This document shows, in pieces, positions 9,751-19,581 of a DNA stretch of 64,000 nucleotides. Source of the stretch: Lactobacillales bacterium (lineage in GTDB: Bacteria; Bacillota_I; Bacilli_A; RF39; UBA660). The notes beneath the pieces were generated by a model. That model did no database searches. It saw only the letters and a program-made list of their open reading frames with translations, and was not told the origin of the DNA. The position numbers were made by a program, and so were the translations under genes. The stretch covers positions 64,970 through 128,969 of the forward strand of contig SVAG01000001.1 of NCBI GenBank assembly GCA_015059545.1. Direction: 5' to 3'. Numbering within the stretch: the first letter of the stretch is position 1; the number at the start of each line of letters is the position of its first letter.

Positions 9751-10630
9751 TATATATGACTCTATAATAATAGGAGCAGGCATATCAGGAATGACATCTG
9801 CTATATATTTAAAAAGATATAATTTAAATGTATTAATAATAGAAAAAGAAATACCAGGTGGACAAATTTCAAAAGCATCACTTATTGAAAATTATCCAGG
9901 AATAAAAAAGACAGATGGAATAACTTTTTCAACAAATTTATTAAATCAAATAGAAGAATTAGGATTAAAAATTAATTATGAAGAAGTAATTGAAATAAAA
10001 GAAGAAAATGAAATAAAAATTGTAAAAACAAATAATAATGAGTATAAGACAAAAACTATTATAATAGCAACAGGTAGAAGACCAAGATCACTTAATATAG
10101 GAGAAGAAAAATATATTGGAAAAGGTTTAAGTTATTGTGCAACATGTGATGGAATGTTTTATAAAGATGAAGAAGTTATTATAGTAGGTGGCGGAAATAG
10201 TGCTTTAGAAGAAAGTTTATATTTAAGTGATATATGTAAAAAAGTTACTATTTTAAATAGAAGTAATGAAATAAAAGCTGATAAAATATTATTAGAAAAA
10301 GTACAAAAAAGAAATAATATTGAAATAATATATAATGAAGAAATAAAAGAAATAAAAGAAGAAAATGATAAGATAAAAGGTATTATAACAAAAAATAATA
10401 AAGAAATAAAAGGATCAGGTTTATTTGTCTACATAGGACTTATCCCAAATACAGAAATATTTAAAAATATTAAAACAGAAAATGGGTATATATTAGTAAA
10501 TAATAATCAAGAAACAAATATAAAAGGAATATATGCTATAGGAGATGTTACAAAAAAATCATTATATCAATTAATAACAGCTGCATCAGATGGTGCACTT
10601 GCAGCAAATCATATAAAAAATAATATATAG
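9743..10630 (+). CDS. trxB: Thioredoxin-disulfide reductase
   Basis: FAD motif IIIGAGISG, redox-active CATCDG, NAD(P)H motif VGGGNSALEE. Start moved from the track's 9704 to ATG 9743, which has SD AAGGAGAAA 6 nt upstream. The last codons of lgt overlap it. Confidence 0.9.
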   Translation: MNNIYDSIIIGAGISGMTSAIYLKRYNLNVLIIEKEIPGGQISKASLIENYPGIKKTDGITFSTNLLNQIEELGLKINYEEVIEIKEENEIKIVKTNNNEYKTKTIIIATGRRPRSLNIGEEKYIGKGLSYCATCDGMFYKDEEVIIVGGGNSALEESLYLSDICKKVTILNRSNEIKADKILLEKVQKRNNIEIIYNEEIKEIKEENDKIKGIITKNNKEIKGSGLFVYIGLIPNTEIFKNIKTENGYILVNNNQETNIKGIYAIGDVTKKSLYQLITAASDGALAANHIKNNI

Positions 10631-10639
10631 GAGTAAAAT

Positions 10640-11083
10640 ATGAAATGTAATTATTGTGGAACAACAATCCCAGAAGGAAATAAAATATGTAATGGATGTG
10701 GAAAAAAAGTAACAATGTTTACAAAATTTCAACAACCATATAATGAAGAATCAAATGATCAAATAAAAGAAATAGAAGAATTAACAGAAGAAGAAATAGA
10801 TTATTTCATGGAATCACCAGAAAGTCAGTCGGCACGATTAAACTTAAAAATAGAAGGATTCGAAATAAAAGATAAAAATGCAAAAACAGCATTCATATTA
10901 AGTATTATAGGTGTAATGTTTATGTCATTCGGAATCATATTTAATATAATCGCACTAAATAAAGCAAAACAAATAACAAATCCAATGGAAAAAGAAAAAA
11001 TATTAAAAGTAGTTAAAATTATGTTAGCAGTATCTGCATTCATGTTTTTATTTACTTTATTACCAATAATATTTTCTATCTAG
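10640..11083 (+). CDS. Zinc-ribbon membrane protein (hypothetical)
   Basis: 147 aa. N-terminal CxxC…CxxC (CNYCGTT…CNGCGKK), acidic linker, two C-terminal TM helices. Confidence 0.55.
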   Translation: MKCNYCGTTIPEGNKICNGCGKKVTMFTKFQQPYNEESNDQIKEIEELTEEEIDYFMESPESQSARLNLKIEGFEIKDKNAKTAFILSIIGVMFMSFGIIFNIIALNKAKQITNPMEKEKILKVVKIMLAVSAFMFLFTLLPIIFSI

Positions 11084-11104
11084 AGTTTAAAAAACTCTTT
11101 TTTT
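11082..11104 (+). terminator. Rho-independent terminator
   Basis: agagttt / aaactct stem followed by TTTTTT. Confidence 0.55.
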
Positions 11105-11129
11105 ATAGTATAATTAAGTAGGTGGTTTT

Positions 11130-12074
11130 ATGAAAAAAATTGTAATATTAGGTGGAGGAACAGGTATGGCAACTCTACTTAGTGGACTTAAAAACTTTCC
11201 AGTTGAAATAACTTCAGTTGTATCAGTATGTGATGATGGACAAAGTACAGGAAGATTAAGAGAAGAATTTAATATGCCTGCTATGGGAGATATAAGAAAA
11301 GTATTAGTTTCTTTGTCAGTAACAGAACCATTAGTAGAAGAATTATTAAATTATAGATTTAATACAACAAGTGATTTAAATGGTCATACAGTAGGTAATT
11401 TACTTTTAACAGCAACCTCAAATATAACAGGTAATTTAAAAGATGGAATAGAAGTATTAAGTAAAATATTAAATTTAAAAGGTAAAGTATTACCTCTTAC
11501 AGAAGATAATGTAACTCTTGTTGGAAAAATGATAGACAATGAAAAAATAATAGGTGAACATAATATTACAATGAGTAATAAAAAAATTAAAACTGTATAT
11601 TATCAAGATGAACCTAAAGTATGTGAAGAAGTATTAGAAGAAATAGAAGAAGCTGATTTAATAATTTTAAGTATGGGAAGTTTATATACAAGTATAATCC
11701 CAAATTTAATATGTAGAGAAGTAATTAAAAAATTAGATAAATCAAAAAAGAAAATAATGTATGTTTGTAATATGGTTACACAACCTGGTGAAACAGATAA
11801 CATGAAAACAAGTGATCATATTAAAATAATAAACAATTATTTAGGAAAACATAAAATAGATGTTGTAATTGCTAATAATGGAAAAATAAGTAATGAAATA
11901 GCTATTAAATATTCAACATTAGAACAAAAAGATCCTGTTTATTTAGATAAAGAAAATATAGATAGTATGAATATAGAATTAATAGAAAATAATTATGTAA
12001 CAATAAAAGATGATATTATAAGACATAATGTAGAAAAATTAGCTTTAGATATATATTCATATTTAGTAAGGTGA
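11130..12074 (+). CDS. yvcK: Gluconeogenesis factor / UPF0052 protein YvcK (CofD-like)
   Basis: 314 aa. N-terminal ILGGGTGMATLLSGLK…DDGQSTGRLR signature. Followed by whiA as in the conserved yvcJ-yvcK-whiA cluster. Confidence 0.88.
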   Translation: MKKIVILGGGTGMATLLSGLKNFPVEITSVVSVCDDGQSTGRLREEFNMPAMGDIRKVLVSLSVTEPLVEELLNYRFNTTSDLNGHTVGNLLLTATSNITGNLKDGIEVLSKILNLKGKVLPLTEDNVTLVGKMIDNEKIIGEHNITMSNKKIKTVYYQDEPKVCEEVLEEIEEADLIILSMGSLYTSIIPNLICREVIKKLDKSKKKIMYVCNMVTQPGETDNMKTSDHIKIINNYLGKHKIDVVIANNGKISNEIAIKYSTLEQKDPVYLDKENIDSMNIELIENNYVTIKDDIIRHNVEKLALDIYSYLVR

Positions 12075-12078
12075 TAAA

Positions 12079-12993
12079 ATGTCATTTACAAGTATAGTAA
12101 AAAATGAAGTAAGTAAATTAGAAATAGAAGAAATAGAAAAAATATCAGAATTATCCGCACTTCTAAAAAACACTAGTGTAATAACAAATACAATTAAAAT
12201 TACAACAGAAAACGCTAGTGTAGCAAGAAGAATATTTACACTACTTAAAAATTTATTTAATATAAATTCTAAAATAACAGTGCGTAGAGGATATAATTTT
12301 AATAAAAATTATATATATATATTAGAAATAACTAAAAATATAGAAAAAATAAAACAAGAATTAAGTTTAAATAAAGAAATACCAGAAAGATACATCTATG
12401 ATGAAGATGAACTTAAAAGAACATATTTAAGAGGAGTTTTTTTAGGTAGTGGAAGTATAAATGATCCTAAAAAATCTAGATACCATTTAGAAATATTAGT
12501 TGAAACAGAAGAATATGCTAATTTTATAAGTAGCTTATTAAATGATTTTAGATTAAATAGTAAAGTATTAAAAAGAGAAAACAAATATATGATATATGTA
12601 AAAGAAGCAGAAAAAATAAGTGACTTTTTAAGAATTATAAAAGCTATAAATGCCGTATTTTATTATGAAGATATAAGAATATATAGGGATCATAAAAATA
12701 TGACAAATAGACTTAATAATTGTGAACAAGCGAATGTAGACAAAATAATAGAAACAGCAAATAATCAATTAAAAGATATAGAAATAATAGAAAATTATGA
12801 TGCACTAGATTTATTAGATGAAAAAACAAAAGAAACAATTAACTATAGAAAAAAATATCCAGAAGTATCATTAACAGAATTAAGTGAAATAATTTCAATT
12901 GAAACAGGAAAAGAAATAACAAAATCAGGAATATACCATAGAATGAATAAAGTAAAAGCCTTAGCTAAAAAAATAAAAGAAAAAAATAACTAG
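12079..12993 (+). CDS. whiA: Sporulation/cell-division transcriptional regulator WhiA
   Basis: 304 aa. LAGLIDADG-like segments (YLRGVFLGSGSINDP) and a C-terminal HTH. Conserved position after yvcK. Confidence 0.88.
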   Translation: MSFTSIVKNEVSKLEIEEIEKISELSALLKNTSVITNTIKITTENASVARRIFTLLKNLFNINSKITVRRGYNFNKNYIYILEITKNIEKIKQELSLNKEIPERYIYDEDELKRTYLRGVFLGSGSINDPKKSRYHLEILVETEEYANFISSLLNDFRLNSKVLKRENKYMIYVKEAEKISDFLRIIKAINAVFYYEDIRIYRDHKNMTNRLNNCEQANVDKIIETANNQLKDIEIIENYDALDLLDEKTKETINYRKKYPEVSLTELSEIISIETGKEITKSGIYHRMNKVKALAKKIKEKNN

Positions 12994-13041
12994 TAATATA
13001 AAAATAAATTTAGTATAATAAATGATTAAGAAGGTGATAAA

Positions 13042-13485
13042 ATGAAAGTAATATTTAAGAAAGATGTAAAAGGTCAAGGTAAAAGAGATGAAATAAAAGA
13101 AGTAAGTGATGGATATGCTACTAACTTTTTAATAAAAAAAGGATTAGCAGTACCTGCTACAGAATCAAATTTAAAAAAATTAAATAATGAAATTCAAACA
13201 AGAAAATTAGAAAATAATTTACTGGTAGGAGAAATGAAAGAATTAAAAAAAGAAATAGAAAAACTAACATTAAAATTTAAAGCTAAAACAGGAGCTGGAG
13301 ATAAAATGTTTGGACAAATTTCTGTAAAACAAATAAAAAAAGAATTAGAAAATCAAGGATATAATATAGATAAAACAAAAATATTATTAGATCACCCAAT
13401 AACATGTTTAGGAATGCATAATGTAGATATAGAATTACATAAAGAAGTAACAGCAGTATTAAAAGTAAATGTAAGTAAGGAATAG
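13042..13485 (+). CDS. rplI: 50S ribosomal protein L9
   Basis: 147 aa, [30 protein letters not shown]. Precedes dnaB as in Firmicutes. Confidence 0.93.
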   Translation: MKVIFKKDVKGQGKRDEIKEVSDGYATNFLIKKGLAVPATESNLKKLNNEIQTRKLENNLLVGEMKELKKEIEKLTLKFKAKTGAGDKMFGQISVKQIKKELENQGYNIDKTKILLDHPITCLGMHNVDIELHKEVTAVLKVNVSKE

Positions 13486-13492
13486 TGATAGT

Positions 13493-14839
13493 ATGAATAC
13501 AAAAGTAATGCCAAATGATATAATCGCAGAACAATGTGTATTAGGATCAATGTTTTTTAGTAAAAAAGCTTTACAAGCTTGTATTGAAGCATTAAATAAA
13601 GATTTATTTTATGATGATAGACATGCTAAAATATTTGATTGTATTAAAGATTTAGCAGAAGCAGGAAAACCTATAGATTTAACAATTGTAACATCAGAAC
13701 TTAATAATAGAAAACAATTATCAACTATAGGTGGAGTTGAATACTTAAGTGAACTTACAACAATAGTACCTAGTGCTGCTAATGTAGAAGAATATATCAA
13801 AATAGTAGAAGAAAAAGCCGTAAGAAGAAGATTAATAGAAACAGCAATTGCTATAGAAACAGATGGATATAATTGGCAAGATTCATTAAATGAATTATTA
13901 GATAAATCAGAAAAAAATATGATGAGTTTATCAAAAGCAAGATCAGGAAGTGAATTTAGACCAATCCAAGAAGTATTATTTAAAACACAAGCAAACTTAG
14001 AAAAATTATCACAAACAAAAGGAGATATAACAGGAATACCAACAGGATTTTATGATTTAGATAAAATAACAAGCGGATTACATGAAAGTCAATTAATAAT
14101 TATAGCAGCAAGACCAGCTATGGGGAAAACTGCATTTGCCCTTAATTTAGTTACTAATGTAGCAATGAATACAGGTAAAAAAGTAGCTTTATTCAATCTG
14201 GAAATGGGAGCTGAACAACTTGCAATGCGTATGTTATCATCAGCAGGACAAATAAATGGTAGAAGTTTAACAAGTGGAAGATTAGAACATAATGATTGGA
14301 AGAGAGTTAATGAAGCTATATCAAGACTTGCAGAAACAAATATATATATAGATGATACTCCAGGTATAACAATAGGAGAAATTAGAGCAAAAGCAAGAAG
14401 ACTTGCAGCTGAAGGTGATTTAGCTATGATTTTAATAGACTACCTTCAATTAATTAGTATTGATTCAAGATATGCAGGAAATAGACAACAAGAAATATCT
14501 GAAATTTCTAGATCACTTAAAACACTTGCTATGGAACTTAAAATACCAGTAGTTGCTCTAGCACAACTTTCTCGTTCTGTAGACTCAAGAGATGATAAAA
14601 GACCAATCTTAAGTGACTTAAGAGAATCAGGATCTATAGAACAAGACGCCGATATAGTAGCATTCCTTTATAGAGATGACTATTATAATAAAGAATCAGC
14701 AATTGATGAAAATACAAGTAAAAGTGAATTTATAATGAGAAAACATCGTAATGGACCAACTTCAACAATAGATTTAATATTTAAAAGAGATACAAGTACT
14801 TTTGTAAACTTTATAAATAAGGATGCACCACCAGAATAA
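13493..14839 (+). CDS. dnaB: Replicative DNA helicase (DnaB family; dnaC in Bacillus nomenclature)
   Basis: 448 aa. Walker A ARPAMGKTAF, Walker B LILIDYLQL, DnaB N-terminal domain. Confidence 0.95.
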   Translation: MNTKVMPNDIIAEQCVLGSMFFSKKALQACIEALNKDLFYDDRHAKIFDCIKDLAEAGKPIDLTIVTSELNNRKQLSTIGGVEYLSELTTIVPSAANVEEYIKIVEEKAVRRRLIETAIAIETDGYNWQDSLNELLDKSEKNMMSLSKARSGSEFRPIQEVLFKTQANLEKLSQTKGDITGIPTGFYDLDKITSGLHESQLIIIAARPAMGKTAFALNLVTNVAMNTGKKVALFNLEMGAEQLAMRMLSSAGQINGRSLTSGRLEHNDWKRVNEAISRLAETNIYIDDTPGITIGEIRAKARRLAAEGDLAMILIDYLQLISIDSRYAGNRQQEISEISRSLKTLAMELKIPVVALAQLSRSVDSRDDKRPILSDLRESGSIEQDADIVAFLYRDDYYNKESAIDENTSKSEFIMRKHRNGPTSTIDLIFKRDTSTFVNFINKDAPPE

Positions 14840-15588
14840 TGAAAGTATCAGTACTTGCAAGTGGTTCAAAAGGAAATTCATCATACATAGAAACAAAAGA
14901 AACAAAAATATTAGTAGATTTAGGAATGACAACTCTTTATATTGAAACAAAATTAAAAACATTAGGTATAAATCCAGAAGATATCGATGCAATAATACTT
15001 ACTCATACACATGTAGACCACATAAGTGGATTAAAAGTGTTTACTAAAAAATATAATACAAAAGTATATCTAACAGAAAAAATGTTAAAAGATATAAATG
15101 AAATATTTGAACTTAAAAATTATGAAATAATTACTAATGATTTTAAAATAAAAGATTTAGAAATAGAAATAATAAAAACATCACATGATGCATCAGATTC
15201 AAATGGATATATATTTAAAAATAATAATAAAACAATATCTTATATAACAGATACTGGATATATAAATAGAAAGTATAAAGATAAATTATCAAATAAAAAT
15301 CTATATATTATGGAAAGTAATCATGATATAAAAATGTTACAAGATGGTAAATATCCATATCATTTAAAACAAAGAGTATTAAGTGATAAAGGCCATTTAT
15401 CAAACGAAATGTGTTCTAAATATTTAAAAGAATATATAGGAAAAGATACAAAAAAAATAATATTGATACATTTAAGTCATGAAAATAATTCAGAAGAAAT
15501 AGCATTAAAAACATTACAAGAAAATCTAGAATTTAAAGATGTAATAATTTCAAAACAAGATGAAAGTACGGAGTTAGTAGAAATATGA
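14839..15588 (+). CDS. MBL-fold metallo-hydrolase (WalJ/YycJ-like)
   Basis: 249 aa with the HTHVDH motif. Start overlaps the dnaB stop (TAATG). Followed by rlmH as yycJ is in Bacillus. Confidence 0.8.
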   Translation: MKVSVLASGSKGNSSYIETKETKILVDLGMTTLYIETKLKTLGINPEDIDAIILTHTHVDHISGLKVFTKKYNTKVYLTEKMLKDINEIFELKNYEIITNDFKIKDLEIEIIKTSHDASDSNGYIFKNNNKTISYITDTGYINRKYKDKLSNKNLYIMESNHDIKMLQDGKYPYHLKQRVLSDKGHLSNEMCSKYLKEYIGKDTKKIILIHLSHENNSEEIALKTLQENLEFKDVIISKQDESTELVEI

Positions 15589-16040
15589 TAAAAATAATAT
15601 GTGTTGGAAAAATAAAAGAAAAATATCTAAAAGATGCAATAGAAGAATATCAAAAAAGATTATCAAAATATACTAAATTAGAAATAATTGAGTTACAAGA
15701 TATAAACAATGATAATATAAATATAATATTAGAAAAAGAAAAAGAATTAATATTAAATAAAATCAATGAAAAAGATTATGTTATTACACTTGAAATAGAA
15801 GGAAAAGAACTTTCTAGTGTAGAATTATCAAATAAAATAGATAATATATTTATTACAAATTCTAATATAACTTTTATAATAGGTGGATCATATGGATTAC
15901 ATAATGAAATAAAAGAAAGAAGTAACTTCAAATTATCATTTTCTAAATTAACTTTTCCACATCAATTGTTTAGAGTAATGTTATTAGAACAAATATATAG
16001 AGCATATAAAATTTTAAACAATGAATCATATCATAAATAG
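15585..16040 (+). CDS. rlmH: 23S rRNA (pseudouridine1915-N3)-methyltransferase RlmH
   Basis: 151 aa SPOUT protein (MIKIICVGKIKEKYL…). ATGA overlap with the upstream gene. Confidence 0.88.
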   Translation: MIKIICVGKIKEKYLKDAIEEYQKRLSKYTKLEIIELQDINNDNINIILEKEKELILNKINEKDYVITLEIEGKELSSVELSNKIDNIFITNSNITFIIGGSYGLHNEIKERSNFKLSFSKLTFPHQLFRVMLLEQIYRAYKILNNESYHK

Positions 16041-16061
16041 TTGAAAAAACTATTTTTTTTT
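16035..16061 (+). terminator. Rho-independent terminator
   Basis: aaatagtt / aactattt stem with loop gaaaa, then T9. Confidence 0.6.
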
Positions 16062-16102
16062 GATAATATTAGTTATAAGTAAAAATAGGAGGACTGAATA
16101 AA

Positions 16103-19100
16103 TTGAAAAAAAGAAAAAGAATAAAAAAAGGATTTACATTGTTAGAATTATTAGCAGTAATAGTAATATTAGCATTAATAGCATTAATAGCAGTACCTAT
16201 TATTTTAAATGTAATAAATGACTCAAAAGAAGCGAGTACCAAAGTTGGTGTAACCAATTATATGAACACGCTAGAAAAAGAATTATCATATGAAAATTTA
16301 AAAGAAGAAAAAAATCTTTCAGGTAAATATATAATTCAAGAAGATGGTTCATATCAAATAAACGGAACAACAAAAAAATTAGCGATAAAAGGTAAATTAC
16401 CAAATAAAGGAACTGTGTGTATAAATGAAAAAGGTATAGTAGAATCATATTCAGTCGTAATAGATGGATATGTAGTAACAAATACTAGCGGAACACAAAA
16501 AATAGATAAAGGAAAAAATCCACTTGGAGTAACATGTGATGTAACAAAAGAAATGATTGATTTTAGATTACCAGAAGATTTTAAAGTTTGTAGTCAATCA
16601 AAATTAATAGAAATAGATTATCCGGAATTAGAAGAAGTAGAAAAACAATATAGAATAACAAAATATGATGTAGAAAAAGGGGAAACAACAGAAGTAATAA
16701 CAGATTGGACAGAATATAAAGGTGCAATAACATTAAAAGAAAATGTTGTATTAAGCGCTAGATTAAAAGATAAAAGAAATGGACAATATAGTGAAATCTT
16801 TAGTCATTTGTTTGAATATTTAGATACAACCAAAGTAACAGATACAGCACCAGTTGTAGAACAATCTAGTACTAATCCAACAAGTGAAATGATAGTAATA
16901 TTTAAACAAACAGATAATTGTGGAATAGATGAAGAAACAATACAATATGGAAAAAGTGAAACAGCAAATGGAGAATATGAATGGCAAGATAGTGCTATAT
17001 TTAGTGGATTAAAAAATAATACAACATATTATTTCAAAACAAAAGCAAATGATATAGCAAATAATGAAGAAACTATATCAATAGCAACACCAAAATCAAC
17101 GGGAGAATTTGGAGAAATATTAATAACAGCAACAGATGGAAATAAATGGACACAAAGTAAGGAAATAACAATAACAGGAAAAACAACAGGTTCAAAATTA
17201 CAATATCAGTTAAATGCAAAAGAAGAAGATAAATGGATAGATATAGAAGATGGTTATAAATTTACATTAAAAGAAAATGCAAATATATATGCAAGATTAT
17301 ATGACGGAAAAAATGAGAGTGAACATGCAACATTATCTATAACAATGATAGATCCAACAGCACCAAGTGCAGCAGTAGCAGTAGGAACAATAAAAACAGA
17401 TAGAGTAACGTTAACAGCAACATGCAGTGATTCAGAATCAGGAATAACAAAATATGAATTTAGTAAAGATGGTGGTTCTACATGGGATAATAATGGAACA
17501 ACATCAACAAAGATATATACAGGCTTAACACAATCATCAGATTATACATTTAAAGTAAAATGTACAAATGGTTCAGGGATAGAAAAAGTAGGAGAGCAAT
17601 TAGGAACAACATATGGAATAAATGCACCTACAGTAACAACAACAAGCGGATGGGCAACAAGTAAAGTGGTAACAGCTACATACAATGCAACAAATATAAG
17701 TAGTCCATCATACTACTTTAAAGGGACAGTAGCAGGAACAGCAGGAACAGCAGTAACACAAAGTTGTGGAACAGGAAATAGTCCAGGAACATGTACAACA
17801 ATAACAAGTACAACAAGCTTAGCAGCAAATACGTGGTATAAAGTATCTGCAAGTACAAAAGTAACAGTTATAGCAAATGGAAGTTTTTATGCAGTAACAA
17901 GTGATGGAACAAATATGAAAGCAAGTTCAACATTAGCCATTTCTAGTATAGATAGAATTGCTCCATCAGCCCCAACAACAATGTCATTTGTATATGGTGA
18001 TTGGAGTGCATATACAAATAATACTTGGACAAATCAAACTGTTTATGCAGCGCGTGTTAGTGGTAATCCTGGACCAACAGGTGCAACCGATACAGGAGGA
18101 TCAGGAATAGCAAAATATCAAATATCATCAGATGGAACAAACTGGGTAGACTATTCATATAATACTTCATCATCAATGTATGTATTTAGTGCTACTGGAA
18201 CATATACAAGGTATTTCAGAGCTGTAGATGGAGCAGGAAATGTAAGTTCATCAATAAGCAGAGTAGCTAAAATTGATAAAGCATCTCCACCTACACCATC
18301 ATCAGAATTAAGATATGGATCAAGTTCAGGAACTCTAAGAGGAACTGCAAGCACTTGGACAAATCAAACATTATGGTGGGGAAATTTCAGTTCAACCGAT
18401 ACAGGAGGTTCAGGTACAAGTTATTATCAATATTCATCAAGTTGTTCAGGAACAGCAAGTGGAACATTAAATTCTTCATATACATATTCATCAAATGCAA
18501 ATGCGTATTATTGTATAAGAGCAGTTGATGCTGTAGGAAACGCAAGTGCATGGAGTAGTGCATACTACATTAGAATAGATAAAACAGCACCAGGAACAGC
18601 ATCATCAACAATAAGAATTAATAATGCATCAGGAACAGTAAGAGCAAATACAACAGCATGGACAAATCAAACATTATGGTGGGGAGGTTTTACTGCAACT
18701 GATACAGGAGGTTCAGGAGTAAGTTATTATCAATATTCAACAGGATGTACAGGATCAGCAAGTGCAAATTTAGGTGCATCATATACATATTCTTCAAATA
18801 CAAATTATGCATTCTGTATAAGAGCAGTGGATGCCGCAGGAAATGCAGGAGCATGGAGTGGAGCATATTATATTAGAGTTGATAAAACAGCACCAATATG
18901 TGGAACATGGTCAGGTGGCGGAACAACATGGACAACAGGTAGCAGAGCATTTAGTATAACATGTACTGATGCACTTAGTCAGTGTACAGCTTCAAGTTTT
19001 TCTACAAATTATTCATCAAGTGCAAAAACTGGAAATGTAACAATAACAATAAAAGATAACGCTGGAAATACAGCTAATTGTACAGCATCGAAAAATATAT

Positions 19101-19486
19101 ATATAGATAATACGAAACCAACAATAACAATGTCACCAGCAGCAGGAAAGTATACAAGTGGAACCATGTCAGTAGTTGTATCATGTAGTGATTCACATTC
19201 AGGGATGAAACAAGCATGGTTATCAGATGCAGGATATGAAACAACAGGAACAACAAGTACATCACAATCACTAGCAAGTATAAAAGAAAGAACAGCTCAG
19301 GGTAGATGTACAGATAATGTAGGAAATTACTCAACAACAAGTAAAACTTATAATATAGTATCAAGTGGTGGAGGCGGAACAAGTTGTACAACATATTATG
19401 GACAACCTGCTGCAACCTGTGCTGCTAACGGATGGACACAAGTTTCATGTTCATCTGGATCAAACTGTACGTGTCAAAAATGTTAA
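16103..19486 (+). CDS. Giant modular type-IV-pilin-like protein: class III signal peptide plus tandem Ig/FN3-like domains and a Cys-rich C-terminus
   Basis: 1127 aa. TTG start 10 nt after a perfect AGGAGG. N-terminus MKKRKRIKKG|FTLLELLAVIVILALIALIAVP is the canonical prepilin cleavage/methylation motif, with Glu at +5. Three ~95-aa repeats share DKTAP…TNQTLWWG…TDTGGSG.SYYQYS…IRAVDA.GNA. The last ~60 aa are Cys-rich. Confidence 0.8.
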   Translation: MKKRKRIKKGFTLLELLAVIVILALIALIAVPIILNVINDSKEASTKVGVTNYMNTLEKELSYENLKEEKNLSGKYIIQEDGSYQINGTTKKLAIKGKLPNKGTVCINEKGIVESYSVVIDGYVVTNTSGTQKIDKGKNPLGVTCDVTKEMIDFRLPEDFKVCSQSKLIEIDYPELEEVEKQYRITKYDVEKGETTEVITDWTEYKGAITLKENVVLSARLKDKRNGQYSEIFSHLFEYLDTTKVTDTAPVVEQSSTNPTSEMIVIFKQTDNCGIDEETIQYGKSETANGEYEWQDSAIFSGLKNNTTYYFKTKANDIANNEETISIATPKSTGEFGEILITATDGNKWTQSKEITITGKTTGSKLQYQLNAKEEDKWIDIEDGYKFTLKENANIYARLYDGKNESEHATLSITMIDPTAPSAAVAVGTIKTDRVTLTATCSDSESGITKYEFSKDGGSTWDNNGTTSTKIYTGLTQSSDYTFKVKCTNGSGIEKVGEQLGTTYGINAPTVTTTSGWATSKVVTATYNATNISSPSYYFKGTVAGTAGTAVTQSCGTGNSPGTCTTITSTTSLAANTWYKVSASTKVTVIANGSFYAVTSDGTNMKASSTLAISSIDRIAPSAPTTMSFVYGDWSAYTNNTWTNQTVYAARVSGNPGPTGATDTGGSGIAKYQISSDGTNWVDYSYNTSSSMYVFSATGTYTRYFRAVDGAGNVSSSISRVAKIDKASPPTPSSELRYGSSSGTLRGTASTWTNQTLWWGNFSSTDTGGSGTSYYQYSSSCSGTASGTLNSSYTYSSNANAYYCIRAVDAVGNASAWSSAYYIRIDKTAPGTASSTIRINNASGTVRANTTAWTNQTLWWGGFTATDTGGSGVSYYQYSTGCTGSASANLGASYTYSSNTNYAFCIRAVDAAGNAGAWSGAYYIRVDKTAPICGTWSGGGTTWTTGSRAFSITCTDALSQCTASSFSTNYSSSAKTGNVTITIKDNAGNTANCTASKNIYIDNTKPTITMSPAAGKYTSGTMSVVVSCSDSHSGMKQAWLSDAGYETTGTTSTSQSLASIKERTAQGRCTDNVGNYSTTSKTYNIVSSGGGGTSCTTYYGQPAATCAANGWTQVSCSSGSNCTCQKC

Positions 19487-19524
19487 TGCTGGAAGTATTG
19501 AATATGAAGTTAAAAAATAATAAA

Positions 19525-19552
19525 AAAAGACTAGTAAAAAGTCTTTTTTTTT
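19525..19552 (+). terminator. Rho-independent terminator
   Basis: aaaagact / agtctttt stem with a 7-nt loop, then T9. Confidence 0.65.
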
Positions 19553-19581
19553 GATATTATTTTTATAGTAGGTGAGTATGT

